64,000 nucleotides of DNA, from contig OZ219788.1 of the NCBI GenBank assembly GCA_964291285.2, forward strand, positions 480,001-544,000, written 5' to 3'. Source of the stretch: Alphaproteobacteria bacterium. Its GTDB lineage: Bacteria > Pseudomonadota > Alphaproteobacteria > Bin95. The notes beneath the pieces are model-generated. The model had not been told where the DNA came from. It searched no databases and worked only from the letters and a program-made list of their open reading frames with translations. A program made the translations under genes and the position numbers. Positions 10,478-20,717 of the stretch are shown here, piece after piece; within the stretch, counting starts at the first letter, position 1, and each line of letters opens with the position of its first letter.

Positions 10478-10608
10478 GCAAAAAGAGCGATCTCCCCTTC
10501 GGCAGCGAGTTTTCGCCCTCGCAGATTGAACTACCGAAGGCGCTGGAGTTTGCGGCTCGGCATGGCGGTAATTGGCGCGCCTTCGAGGAGACCGTGCGGG
10601 AAGCCTAG
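10474..10608 (+). pseudogene. 5' remnant of a probable restriction endonuclease, truncated by IS630
   Basis: GTG start overlaps the RHH stop (GTGA). MSKKSDLPFGSEFSPSQIELPKALEFAARHGGNWRAFE ends at the IS630 TA site. The family is recalled from memory only. Confidence 0.4.
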
Positions 10609-11790
10609 TCATCTGAATCTAAAGTTCGTGGCATAAGTTTTGTTCGACGCGGAGACAGAAGCGCTTGACGGCGGCGAGGATTTCGTCAGCTGATTTGGTC
10701 CATTTGAAGGGCTTGGGATTTTCGTTGTGGGTTTCGATGAAGGCCCGGATGTCGGTTTCGAGTTGCAGGGTCGAGCGGTGGACGCCGCGTTGCAACTGCT
10801 TGCGGGTCAGTTCGGCGAACCAGCGCTCGACCTGGTTGAGCCACGAGGCGGATGTCGGCGTGAAGTGGACGTGCCAGTGCGGCCGCCGGGCCAGCCAGGC
10901 TTTGACCGCGGCGGTCTTGTGGGTGGCGTAGTTGTCCATGACGATGTGGATGTCGAGCCCGTCCGGGACATTGCGGTCGATCACCTTGAGGAAGTCGAGG
11001 AACTCCCTGGCCCGGTGGCGGCGATAGCACTTGGCGATCACCGCACCGGTGGCGATGTCGAGCGCCGCGAACAGCGAGGTCGTGCCGTTGCGCTTGTAAT
11101 CGTGGGTGCGCCGCTCAGGGATGCCGGGCAGCATCGGCAGGACCGGCTGGGTGCGGTCGAGGGCCTGGATCCGGCTCTTTTCGTCGACGCAGAGCACCAG
11201 CGCGCGGTCCGGCGGCGAGAGGTAGAGGCCGACAATGTCGCGGACCTTGTCCACGAAGTGCGGATCGGCCGACAGCTTGAACGTCTCAGCCCGGTGCGGC
11301 TGCAGGCCGAACGCGCCCCAGAGGCGCCAGATCGACGTGTGCGACAGCTTCGCCTCCTTCGCCATCGAGCGCAGCGACCAGTGGGTCGCGTCCGCAGGCG
11401 TCGAGGTGAGCGTGCGCTCGATCACTTCCGCCACTTTCTCGTCCGCGATGCTCCGCGGGCGCCCCGGACGGGGCTCGTCCGAAAGCCCCTCGATGCGGTT
11501 CTTGACGAAACGCCTGCGCCACTTGCCGACGGTGTGCTCGTGCATGCCGAGTTCTGCGGCTACCGCCTTGTTGCCCAGCCCGTCAGCGCAACGCAGGATC
11601 ATGCGGCAGCGATCCGACAGCGAGCGCGCCACACGGTGACGCCGAACCTGCGCTTCCAGAAACGACCGTTCCTCATCGCTCAAGACCAAGGCCGCCAGCG
11701 GCCGTCCCGTACCGCGCCCCATCGAGATGACCTCCTTTGTCCGACCCGGAAGACCATCCTACAATGAACTCTACTTCAGTGCCAGGTGAC
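10608..11790 (-). mobile_element. IS630-family insertion sequence, complete
   Basis: Imperfect IRs GTCATCTG.../...CAGGTGAC, with TA on both sides (10606-07, 11791-92). Confidence 0.85.
10619..11722 (-). CDS. IS630-family transposase
   Basis: HTH region, CVDEK, MDNYATH and SASWLNQVERWF DDE motifs. Confidence 0.95.
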   Translation of the reverse strand: MGRGTGRPLAALVLSDEERSFLEAQVRRHRVARSLSDRCRMILRCADGLGNKAVAAELGMHEHTVGKWRRRFVKNRIEGLSDEPRPGRPRSIADEKVAEVIERTLTSTPADATHWSLRSMAKEAKLSHTSIWRLWGAFGLQPHRAETFKLSADPHFVDKVRDIVGLYLSPPDRALVLCVDEKSRIQALDRTQPVLPMLPGIPERRTHDYKRNGTTSLFAALDIATGAVIAKCYRRHRAREFLDFLKVIDRNVPDGLDIHIVMDNYATHKTAAVKAWLARRPHWHVHFTPTSASWLNQVERWFAELTRKQLQRGVHRSTLQLETDIRAFIETHNENPKPFKWTKSADEILAAVKRFCLRVEQNLCHEL

Positions 11791-11792
11791 TA

Positions 11793-12629
11793 GGTCGTGT
11801 ACCCATAAGGGGTTTCTTCTTCAGCGCAGCTGTGATTCAAGCTCCCAACATCAGGGAGCGAGGACATGGGCCGGTACGATCTGACGGACTTCGAATGGCG
11901 GGTGATCAAGCCGTTGCTGCCGAACAAGACCCGTGGGGTGCCGCGGGTTGACGACCGGCGGGTGTTGAACGGCATTCTGTGGGTGCTTCGCGCGGGGGCG
12001 CCGTGGCGAGACCTGCCGGAGCACTACGGGCCTTGTACGACCTGCTACAACCGGTTCAACCGCTGGCGCAAGAAGGGCATCTGGGATCAGTTGATGGATG
12101 CGGTGGTGGAGGCTCACGACGGCAATGTGCAGATGATCGACAGTTCGAGCGTCCGGGTTCACCAGCATGCGGCGGGATCAAAAAAGGGGGTCCGGATCGT
12201 TGCATGGGCCGTTCCCGTGGCGGACTGACCACGAAGATCCACGCCGTGTCGGACGTGAGCGGCCTGCCGGTCCGCTATGACCTCAGCCCTGGCCAGGCGC
12301 ACGACACCACGGCCGCCGGTGCCATGCTGGCGACCCTGCCGCCCGACAGTTTCCTCATCGCCGACAAGGCCTATGACGCCAAATGGATCCGTGACCTGAT
12401 CGAGCAACACGATGCCGTCCCGATCATCCCCGACCGCGAAGGCGCGAAGACCAGGCACGCTTTCTCCAAACCCTTGTATAAATTGCGAAACCGGATCGAA
12501 CGCGCCTTCAACAAACTCAAGCAGTTCCGCCGCATCGCCACCCGATACGAAAAGCTCGCGGCCAACTTCCTCGCCATGATCAAGATCGCTACTGTCAGGC
12601 TCTGGCTACGCGCTTATGAGTCCACGGCC
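11793..12629 (+). mobile_element. IS5-family (IS427-like) insertion sequence; transposase 11866-12632 made by -1 frameshift
   Basis: IRs GGTCGTGTACCCATAAG / CTTATGAGTCCACGGCC, TA flanks, and slippery A7G4 at 12180-12190 joining orfA (MGRYDLTDFEW...IDSSSVRVH) to orfB (GLTTKIH, ADKAYD, YKLRNRIER). Confidence 0.9.
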
Positions 12630-12738
12630 TAATCTTCAAAAGCGATTCCCTTGGCCCAGCTACCCCCATATCTTGTGTTGGGCGAGTGTTTCTCCTCAGT
12701 ATGCTCGGTTTCAATAATAACCAAGGGGATTGCGGAAC

Positions 12739-13896
12739 ATGGCCATCAAACCACCTGATCAGGGCTTCATCTTCTGGCCCGTCGGCACGGGCGACAGCAC
12801 GACCATTCGAGTAACAGAAACGGTTTACCTTCAAATCGACCTTCGGCACATGGCCAAGGCGGGAAACCGCAGCGACCCCGCCTGGCCGGTCATCGACGAG
12901 CTCATACGTATCCTTCCGAGACTCAGCGGCACGCCATACCTGTCGGTGTTCGGACTTAGCCATCCCGATCTCGACCATTGCCAGGGCTTCGAGGAGTTGA
13001 AACGCCGCGTCATCGTCTCCGAACTCTGGATGTCGCCGCGCACCTTTCGCGAATTCATGGAGGGCGACGACCTTTGCGACGACGCACAAGCCTTTCACGA
13101 TGAGGCCATGCGTCGCGTCCAAGCCGCTATCCGGGCGGGCGGCGACCCCGGCCGGGGTAACCGCATTCGCATCATCGGCTACGACGACCTTCTGTGCGAA
13201 CGCGAGTTTCGTGGCTTCCCCGCGCAGTTCCTGACCATTCCCGGTAAGACCATTACGACACTGGACGGTGAGGATCTCTCCAATCGGTTCGAGGCGTTTG
13301 TCCACGCCCCGTTTCGCGAGGACAGCTTCGGTGACCGCAACGACTGCAGCCTCGCCTTCCAGGTCTCGCTCTACAATGGCAACCACGCTGGCCGGGCACT
13401 GCTCATGGGGGACCTCAGCTATCCCGTCATCCGGCGAATCTTCCACCGAAGTATCCGCACGACACTCGCCTGGAATGTGCTGCTCGCCCCGCATCATTGC
13501 TCGAAGTCCGCCATGTACTGGAAGGAAGAGGGGGACAGCGACGAGACCCTAAAGGAGCATATCGTTCGCGAGATCGCTGCCGCAGCCCTCAACCCGGGAC
13601 ATGTCGTCTCGAGTTCCGAACCTGTGCCGACACGCAACGACCCGGGCGACAACCCACCTCACGCCAAGGCGAAGAGACAGTACGAACGCATCGTCGCCAA
13701 CGCCTTCCTGTGCACCCACGAACACCCGAACCGCAAGAATCCCAAGCCGATCATCTTCGAGGTCGACCGGAACGGTTTCGCATATGTTGGCGACACACAA
13801 TCGAGCAGCTCCATGAGCGAGGTGCTGAAGGCTGTCGGCGGCGTCGCCGCGTCGCCGCCTGCCGTCGCGGTCGGATTCGGTCGTGGCAATAAGTGA
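12739..13896 (+). CDS. Metallo-beta-lactamase-fold (ComEC-like) hydrolase of a ubiquitin-like conjugation operon
   Basis: VGTGDS, SHPDLDH, MGD and APHHCS metal-binding motifs. The Ala/Pro-rich tail ends VGFG-RGNK and overlaps the next gene by 14 nt. Confidence 0.8.
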   Translation: MAIKPPDQGFIFWPVGTGDSTTIRVTETVYLQIDLRHMAKAGNRSDPAWPVIDELIRILPRLSGTPYLSVFGLSHPDLDHCQGFEELKRRVIVSELWMSPRTFREFMEGDDLCDDAQAFHDEAMRRVQAAIRAGGDPGRGNRIRIIGYDDLLCEREFRGFPAQFLTIPGKTITTLDGEDLSNRFEAFVHAPFREDSFGDRNDCSLAFQVSLYNGNHAGRALLMGDLSYPVIRRIFHRSIRTTLAWNVLLAPHHCSKSAMYWKEEGDSDETLKEHIVREIAAAALNPGHVVSSSEPVPTRNDPGDNPPHAKAKRQYERIVANAFLCTHEHPNRKNPKPIIFEVDRNGFAYVGDTQSSSSMSEVLKAVGGVAASPPAVAVGFGRGNK

Positions 13897-16800
13897 AGGG
13901 CAACGGATTGCCCTCACCCAACTCCGGCGTATCGCCAATACGCACCGATCTCCCATCCGGATCGTCGGTATCGACGATGACCCGGCTCCCGGCGCTTATC
14001 TGAACGTCGATATCTCGCTCGACTGCACGCACTACCCGCGTGTCGAGGGAGGCCTTCCGCTGCACGACCGAGAAGGCATCACGCTTTCGGTGCCGGCGGA
14101 TTTTCCATTCAGTTCGCCGTCGGTCGACACCCCCCATTCCCGGTTCCACGGCTTCGGCCATGTGCAGTGGGGAACCCGTCTCTGCGTTTATCTGTCCACC
14201 GAGACCCAGTGGATCCCCTCCCAAGGCATGTTCGGGTTCTTGGCGCAGATCGACGAGTGGTTTCGACGCGGAGCGCGAAACGAGCTCGACGATCCCGAGG
14301 GACCCCTGCACCCGCCGGTCACCTACCCGGTTGCCACAACTACGATCTGCGTCAACGCCGACACCCCGGCTCGTGATACCTGGCCATGGTTCGGCGCCGC
14401 CACCCTCCATGAGCCCAAACCGGCCCTTCTCGAAGTCCAGGCGTGGATCCCCCTGCATGCGCTCCCCGACCACATGCCGTTTGCGCCGACCGTGCTGCTG
14501 AACTTCGAGCTTCCGTTCGAGTACCCGCGCAAAGTACGATACCTTTTCGACTACCTGGAGGCCAAGGGACGTCTGGGCTACCGCTTCCTTGCCCACATGA
14601 TGGTCGCTTCCGAGCGGATCCCCGATAGCACCTCACTCTACATCGGCATCGGTGCGCCGTCGCGCGGCATCGCTGGCGACCCCGCACAACGAAACCAGCA
14701 CCTCACCTTCTGGGAAATTGAGCCGGGGGACGTCGCCAAGCTGCGCGCCGCATCCATCGCCTGCCAATTCAGCAACCGCTACAAAGGACAGGACACTCCC
14801 GCTGCCATACAGGCATTGAGCGACACCATCCTCGGCACCTTGTTTACCTGGAGGAAGGAAGCCCGTGTACGATGGTGTCATGTGATTGAGAACCGGCCCG
14901 AAGTCATCACTCGGCGCGACGAGGGCACATCGATGGACTGGTTTCGCGGCAAGCGCGTTGCGCTCTGGGGCTGCGGGGCGATCGGCGGGCTCATCGCCGA
15001 ACATCTCGTACGCGCCGGTGTGTCCCAACTCAAGCTCTTCGATCGAGGCCGTGTCGCTCCCAGTCTGCTGATACGGCAGAATTTCTCCGCACTCGACGCC
15101 AATGAGCCCAAGGCCGCGGCGCTTGCCGGGCGTCTGCAATCCATCGCCCCCGGACTTCAGGTCACGACCCGGTCCGAGGACCTCATCTCGCACACCCTCG
15201 CCGAACCGGACTGGGACGCGGATGCCGACCTCATCATCGACGCGACCGCGTCCCTGCAGGTGCGCAGCAAGCTCGAGGCGCTGCTCAAGGAGCACGAGCG
15301 CCAGGCTCCCATTGCGACCTTGATGATCAGCGCCACCGCCCGCCAAGCGGTTGCGGTGCTCGCTCCAACCGGATACCGCGCCGGCCCCCTCGACGCGCTT
15401 CGCCGTCTCGGCATCGCCGCCATCGCGCGGGACTGGCTGAGCGACTGGTCCGAAGCCTTCTGGACCCAGGGGGCCATCGACGGCCTCCGCCAACCCGAGC
15501 CCGGCTGCTCCAATCCGACCTTCGTGGCGTCGCATACCGATGTCGCCGCGCTCTCTGCCCAAGCCCTCAACGCTCTCGCCCAAATCCTCGCCGAACCGGA
15601 CGATGCAGCCAGCGGTCTTCTCATTTCGTGCTCTCCCCATCGTCGCGAGCACAGGTTCCGCTTTCGACCCGACATGCGCTGGATCGCCGATGGAATCGAC
15701 TTCCGCATGTCCATGAACGCCTGGCGCGACATGACGGGCTGGGTCCGCGCCGGCGCCCGTGAACGCTCCGCCGAGCACGAGACCGGCGGCCTGCTGTTCG
15801 GCGAGTTGGACGAGACCCTCGGAATCGCGTGGATTACCAACGTCAGCGGCCCCCCGCGCGACAGCACCTTCTCTCCCGAGGGCTTCGTTTGCGGAACGCA
15901 CGGCACGAGGGAGCTGTGCGAGGACTACCGCGCGCGCACCGACGGTATCGTTCGCTACATCGGCACCTGGCATTCCCATCCGGTCGGTAGTGCCCAACCC
16001 AGCTTCACCGACTACCTGGGCATCACCGACATCTTTACAGCGGCTCCTGATGACGGCGCCCATCATTTGATGGCGATCGTCGGCCACGCGGTCCGTACGC
16101 AACCGGAACTCGGAGTCTACACATTCCAGAAACAGAAACTCGCCGCGCTTGATACCGAAACCGAGCTGGCCCTTTCGGTCCGCGGCGGCATCACCACTCC
16201 GCCTCCCGTCGCGGCGCTCGACAAGGTGATCGGTCTGGCACTCTCTGGCGGCGGATCACGCGCCGTTGCGTTTCACCTTGGCGCCTTGCGCGCGCTCGAA
16301 GACCTGAACTTGCTCAATGAGGTCGACGTGATCTCCGGCGTGTCGGGTGGGGCCGTCATGACCGGGAGGCTCGGCTATACAGAAGCACCGTTCGTCGACA
16401 TAGATCGCAACATCGTCCAGTTCCTTCGCCGGGGCCTGGTAGTGCCGGGACTCGTGAAACTCATCCATCCCGCGCGCGCTGCGCCCCTTGTATGGAACTT
16501 CGTCTTCGTCGCCTTCCCAACGCTCCTTGTCGACCTCCTCACCGGGTCGGCGAGTCGTGTCGCCTCGCTCTTCCCGGGTCTCCGCAGTGCATGCGCCGCG
16601 CTGTCCCGCACCTCGTGGCCCATCCGACGCCGCTACTCGCTAACGCATGTGTTGGCCGACGCCATTGCCGACGTGGTCGGCCCGCAGACATGCGATGCAC
16701 CCACCCGTCAGCACAAGTTGATCGTCTTCAACGCGTGTGAGCTTCGAACCGGCACTGCCTTCCGCATGAGCAACCAACGCTTCGGCTCCTACCGGTATGG

Positions 16801-17383
16801 ATGGGCTCCGGCCAGAGAACTTCGCGTGGCCGACGCCGTCGCAGCCTCGGCCGCTTACCCGCCGTTACTTCCGCCCTTCGACTGGAGAAGGCCGTTCAAA
16901 CGAAACGACAAGACCGAAATGCAGCGGGTCATCGTGACCGATGGCGGCGTTTTCGAGAACCTCGGCATTACCGTCATGGAACCTGACCGGGATCCCCGGA
17001 TCAGCACGATTGACTACGACGTCGACATCATCATTGCAAGCGACGCCGGGATCGGCCAGTTCACCGGCGAGATCCGCCCCCTCAGCTGGCCGAAGCGCAT
17101 GAGCCAAGTCGTCTCCGCAATCATGCGAAAGGTCCAGGACGCGACCAAGCAACGCCTACACGAGCACGCCAAGGCGGAACGCATTGACGGCTTCGTCTAC
17201 GCCGCTCTCGGACAGATCGACCGGCGGGTGCCGCTCAAGCCAGCCAACTGGGTCGACAGAGAAGATGTGATTCGTTATCCGACCGATTTCTCCGCGATGT
17301 CGGAGGTCGACATTCGACGGCTCTCCGGACGAGGTGAGGCCATCATGCGGACTCTGGTCACGCAATACCTTCTGAGTGACTGA
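13883..17383 (+). CDS. E2-like + ThiF/E1-like + JAB isopeptidase + patatin phospholipase fusion protein (1166 aa)
   Basis: E2: FPFSSP...GHVQWGTRLCVY. E1: GCGAIG, D...RQNF, IDATAS, EPGC. JAB: ETGG...WHSHP...PSFTD. Patatin: SGGGSRA, GVSGG, DGG. Confidence 0.85.
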   Translation: MAISEGQRIALTQLRRIANTHRSPIRIVGIDDDPAPGAYLNVDISLDCTHYPRVEGGLPLHDREGITLSVPADFPFSSPSVDTPHSRFHGFGHVQWGTRLCVYLSTETQWIPSQGMFGFLAQIDEWFRRGARNELDDPEGPLHPPVTYPVATTTICVNADTPARDTWPWFGAATLHEPKPALLEVQAWIPLHALPDHMPFAPTVLLNFELPFEYPRKVRYLFDYLEAKGRLGYRFLAHMMVASERIPDSTSLYIGIGAPSRGIAGDPAQRNQHLTFWEIEPGDVAKLRAASIACQFSNRYKGQDTPAAIQALSDTILGTLFTWRKEARVRWCHVIENRPEVITRRDEGTSMDWFRGKRVALWGCGAIGGLIAEHLVRAGVSQLKLFDRGRVAPSLLIRQNFSALDANEPKAAALAGRLQSIAPGLQVTTRSEDLISHTLAEPDWDADADLIIDATASLQVRSKLEALLKEHERQAPIATLMISATARQAVAVLAPTGYRAGPLDALRRLGIAAIARDWLSDWSEAFWTQGAIDGLRQPEPGCSNPTFVASHTDVAALSAQALNALAQILAEPDDAASGLLISCSPHRREHRFRFRPDMRWIADGIDFRMSMNAWRDMTGWVRAGARERSAEHETGGLLFGELDETLGIAWITNVSGPPRDSTFSPEGFVCGTHGTRELCEDYRARTDGIVRYIGTWHSHPVGSAQPSFTDYLGITDIFTAAPDDGAHHLMAIVGHAVRTQPELGVYTFQKQKLAALDTETELALSVRGGITTPPPVAALDKVIGLALSGGGSRAVAFHLGALRALEDLNLLNEVDVISGVSGGAVMTGRLGYTEAPFVDIDRNIVQFLRRGLVVPGLVKLIHPARAAPLVWNFVFVAFPTLLVDLLTGSASRVASLFPGLRSACAALSRTSWPIRRRYSLTHVLADAIADVVGPQTCDAPTRQHKLIVFNACELRTGTAFRMSNQRFGSYRYGWAPARELRVADAVAASAAYPPLLPPFDWRRPFKRNDKTEMQRVIVTDGGVFENLGITVMEPDRDPRISTIDYDVDIIIASDAGIGQFTGEIRPLSWPKRMSQVVSAIMRKVQDATKQRLHEHAKAERIDGFVYAALGQIDRRVPLKPANWVDREDVIRYPTDFSAMSEVDIRRLSGRGEAIMRTLVTQYLLSD

Positions 17384-17411
17384 ACTTCAAACACCCTGAC
17401 CTCGTCCAACG

Positions 17412-18179
17412 TTAAGCCGAAGTTCCAGCACCGATCAGACGTATCATTATGAATGTATTGACGTTTGAAAAAATCGGGTGTGTCGCTACTGGGAACGCTA
17501 CAAGCGTACGCCGAGGTAGTCTAGGGCCTTTTTCTGGAGCGGCGTGGGCCGCGTGGTGACCTGGAAGGGTTGGGCGCCCGCAAGGCGGGGCGCCACGGTG
17601 TTGCGGGTGGCGAGATCGTCGATGAGGGTGGAGAAGCTGTGCCACCCCCGGGTGTCCTCTTGGTTGCCGCCTTGGCCCGGGCGCTCGCCGAGACCTCTGC
17701 TGGCGCCACGACGGAAGGGCGCCTTCGGCATCCTCGTCGTCGAACAGCATGGGCTTCAGTTTCTGGCGCATGTGCCATTCGATGTAGTAGGCGAGCATGC
17801 ACAGGAAGACATGGGCCCGGGGCTCGGTGCGGTGGTAGACGGGACGGACCTTCAGATCCACGGTCTTCAGGCTGCGGAAGGCCCGTTCCACCGAACTCAA
17901 CCGCTTGTAGGCGCGCACCGCGCCGGGACCGTCGAGCTCGCTCTGCGGCAGGCTGGTGCGGATCACGTAGAGGCCGTCGAGCCTGGCCTCGGCGGCGATG
18001 GCAGCCTCATCGCGCCCATAGGTGAAGACACCGTCGTCGTCGATGGACCACGTGAAGTGCTTCGCCATCTTGTACTTGCCGATGACCTTCCGCTCCCCGA
18101 TCTTCCCGGCGCTTGTCGCGCCGTGTCGCTGCTGCGATCGGTTCAAGCAGGGCCTCGGTGGCCTCGAGCAGTTCCTGGC
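17412..18179 (-). mobile_element. IS1634-family transposase 3' remnant, degenerate
   Basis: EARLDGLYVIRT, YKRLSSVERAFRSLK, RPVYH and AHVFLCMLAYY motifs. Frameshifted 3' end; 5' end cut by IS21. Confidence 0.8.
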
Positions 18180-18369
18180 TGTCAATCGGCGTTCAAAGTT
18201 GACCCCGGATCGGCGCGGAAGATTGACCCCTCTTTAGGTTGTCCCGGTAGTCAACAGGAGGGCCCCGCGCGGCTCCGCGTAGCGCCCTGCGATACGTGGA
18301 GCGGAGCCGCGTGGGAGGTGCCTGTTGACCCACCGGGGCAACCGGGCCGCCGGCCTGGGCGTCGCCGGG

Positions 18370-19098
18370 TCACGATCGATGTTTGAAGCGCCAGCTCTGG
18401 TTGCCGGTTTCGACAATGTCGCAATGATGGGTCAGGCGGTCGAGGAGCGCGGTGGTCATCTTGGGATCGCCGAACACGGAGGGCCATTCGCCGAAGGCGA
18501 GGTTTGTGGTGATGATGATCGAGGTGCGCTCGTAGAGCCGGCTCATCAGGTGGAAGAGCAGCTGTCCTCCGGCCTGGGCGAAGGGGAGGTATCCGAGTTC
18601 GTCGAGGACGACGAAGTCGCGCCGGGCGAGCTGCTGGGCGGTACGACCCTGGCGCCCGGCGCGATGCTCGGCCTCAAGCAGATTGACCAGGTCGACGGTG
18701 TTGTAGCAGCGCCCGCGGCAGCCCTGCCGGATGCAGGCGCGCACGATGGCGACGGCAAGATGCGTTTTGCCGCTGCCGGTTCCGCCGACCAGGACGAGAT
18801 TGCGCTTTCCTTCCAGGAAGGCGCCGGTGACCAGTTCCTGGATCAGGGCCTCGTTGACCGGGGAGGCCGCGAAGTCGAAGTCGGCCAGTTCCTTGGCCAT
18901 CGGCAGCCTGGCGCTTGCCATCTGGTATTTGATCGAGCGCGCCGTCTTGTCGGCGATCTCGGCCTGCAGCAGCGCGGCGATGATCTTCGGCGCCGGGTGG
19001 CGGCGCTTGATGGCGTCGGCGAGGATATCGTCCCAGGCGGCGCGCATGCCCGACAGCTTGAGGGCGGTCATCATCGCCAACACGTCATGACGCTCCAT
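18370..19098 (-). CDS. istB: IS21 helper ATPase IstB
   Basis: [17 protein letters not shown] and LLDRLTH. Confidence 0.95.
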   Translation of the reverse strand: MERHDVLAMMTALKLSGMRAAWDDILADAIKRRHPAPKIIAALLQAEIADKTARSIKYQMASARLPMAKELADFDFAASPVNEALIQELVTGAFLEGKRNLVLVGGTGSGKTHLAVAIVRACIRQGCRGRCYNTVDLVNLLEAEHRAGRQGRTAQQLARRDFVVLDELGYLPFAQAGGQLLFHLMSRLYERTSIIITTNLAFGEWPSVFGDPKMTTALLDRLTHHCDIVETGNQSWRFKHRS

Positions 19099-20599
19099 GG
19101 CCGGCCTCCCTCAGACGGTCGTAGCGGTGGCAGTCGGCCACTGGCTGATGGCGAAGCTGCAAGCCCTCGGGCGTCGGGATGGGCGGAACCGGCGCCGGCT
19201 GGCGATGCCGGGCGAGGATGTTGAGCACGACGTCGGCGCTGCAGGCGCCATTGGCGAGCGCCTCGGCGCAGGCGGCTTCGACCGCCTCAAGTCCGTCCTC
19301 CAGAACCGCTGTAAGGATCCGGACGATCTGGCGGTCGCCATCGTCATGGCCGGACAGCCGGGCTCGCAGCCGACCGAGGGCATCGGGCAACGGCCAGTCC
19401 TTGAAGGGCGCGCCGTTGCGCAGCGCGCCGGGCTTGCGTGCCAGGATCGGCACGTAGTGCCACGGATCGCAGGTGACCGTGCCGCGCGCGAAGCTCCGGG
19501 GGTGCTCGGCAACCGTCTCGCCGTCCTGGCGGATGACGATCCGGTTGGCGTAGGCCCGCACGTCGACCGGCCGGCCGACGGCGCGGGCGGCAACGCTGTA
19601 GTGGTTGTTGTCGAAGCGCACCAGGCAGGTCTTCGAGACCGCCGACTCAACCGCGTGGAAGCCGTCGAACGGACCGCAATACCCCACCAGGAACGGCTGC
19701 TCCTCCTCGAACACCTCCCACACCGTCTTGCCCGCGATCGACGGATGCGCGCGGCGCTTGGCGTCCCGGATGCAGGCGTCCATGAGCCATGCGTTCAGCT
19801 CATCATGGGAGCGGCCCCGCAGGCGCGGCACGAACAGGCGGCTGCGGGCGTAGCCCACCTGGTTCTCTACCTGGCCCTTCTCCCATGCCGCCCCGGGGGT
19901 GCAGGCCACAGGCTCTACCAGGTGATGGGAGCACATCTCCAGGAAGCGACGGTTGTAGGCGCGCTCCTTGCCGATGAAGATCGCGCTCACCGCCGTCTTC
20001 ATATTGTCGTAGATCCCCCGGCGGCACGACCCGCCGAAGAGCCGGAACGCCCGCTCGTGCGCCTCGAACACCATCTCCTGGCCTTCGCGCGGGAAGACCT
20101 GCACCAGCATCATGCGGCTGTGGCAAAGGCGCATGTGCGCCGCCTTCACCCGGGTCGTCACGCCCGACAGAACCGCGTATTCGTGGCTCCAGTCGAACTG
20201 GTAGGCCTCGCCGGGGGCAAAGCTCAGCGGCACGAACGCCTGCGAAGCCGACAAGGCACGGCGCTCGCGGCGCCAGACGCCGGCATAGCGACGAACGGCG
20301 TCATAACCGCCGGCATAGCCCAACGCCGCCAGCTCCTCATACATCCGCATCAGCGACAGGCGATCCCGGCGAGCCTTCTTCTCGTTCGCCTCCAGATAGC
20401 CGTCCAGAACCTCGATCCACGGACCCGGCTTTGGACGCGACTGAACCTTCCGCCCGTAGCTGAACGACGTCTCTCCGCTCCGGACCGCCTTGCGGACCGT
20501 GTTCCGGGATACCTTCAGCTCCCGGACAAGCTTCTTGATCGGGACCCCCTTGCCCAGATGCTCTCGACGGATACGCGCGATCGTCTCCACAACCAACAT
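19085..20599 (-). CDS. istA: IS21 transposase IstA
   Basis: QFDW, YDNMK and EKGQVE DDE motifs with an N-terminal HTH. Confidence 0.95.
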   Translation of the reverse strand: MLVVETIARIRREHLGKGVPIKKLVRELKVSRNTVRKAVRSGETSFSYGRKVQSRPKPGPWIEVLDGYLEANEKKARRDRLSLMRMYEELAALGYAGGYDAVRRYAGVWRRERRALSASQAFVPLSFAPGEAYQFDWSHEYAVLSGVTTRVKAAHMRLCHSRMMLVQVFPREGQEMVFEAHERAFRLFGGSCRRGIYDNMKTAVSAIFIGKERAYNRRFLEMCSHHLVEPVACTPGAAWEKGQVENQVGYARSRLFVPRLRGRSHDELNAWLMDACIRDAKRRAHPSIAGKTVWEVFEEEQPFLVGYCGPFDGFHAVESAVSKTCLVRFDNNHYSVAARAVGRPVDVRAYANRIVIRQDGETVAEHPRSFARGTVTCDPWHYVPILARKPGALRNGAPFKDWPLPDALGRLRARLSGHDDGDRQIVRILTAVLEDGLEAVEAACAEALANGACSADVVLNILARHRQPAPVPPIPTPEGLQLRHQPVADCHRYDRLREAGHGAS

Positions 20600-20717
20600 C
20601 TCCCACCTCCTCGTCCATCAAGAAAACGAGGCGGCTTCAAAGGACACAGCCCTCGGGGGGTCAATTTTGGAAGCCGATCACCCCCGAACGGGGGTCAATA
20701 TTCCACGCCGAATTACA

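Larger units (their letters stand above)
18180..20717 (-). mobile_element. IS21-family insertion sequence, complete
   Basis: TG...CA ends with reiterated TTGACCCC/GGGGTCAA subterminal repeats, enclosing istA and istB. Confidence 0.9.

Noticed and set aside
12739-17383. Type II CBASS (Cap2/Cap3/CapV-like domains present)
   Set aside because: No CD-NTase motif is seen in the operon or nearby; the partner gene is an MBL-fold protein.
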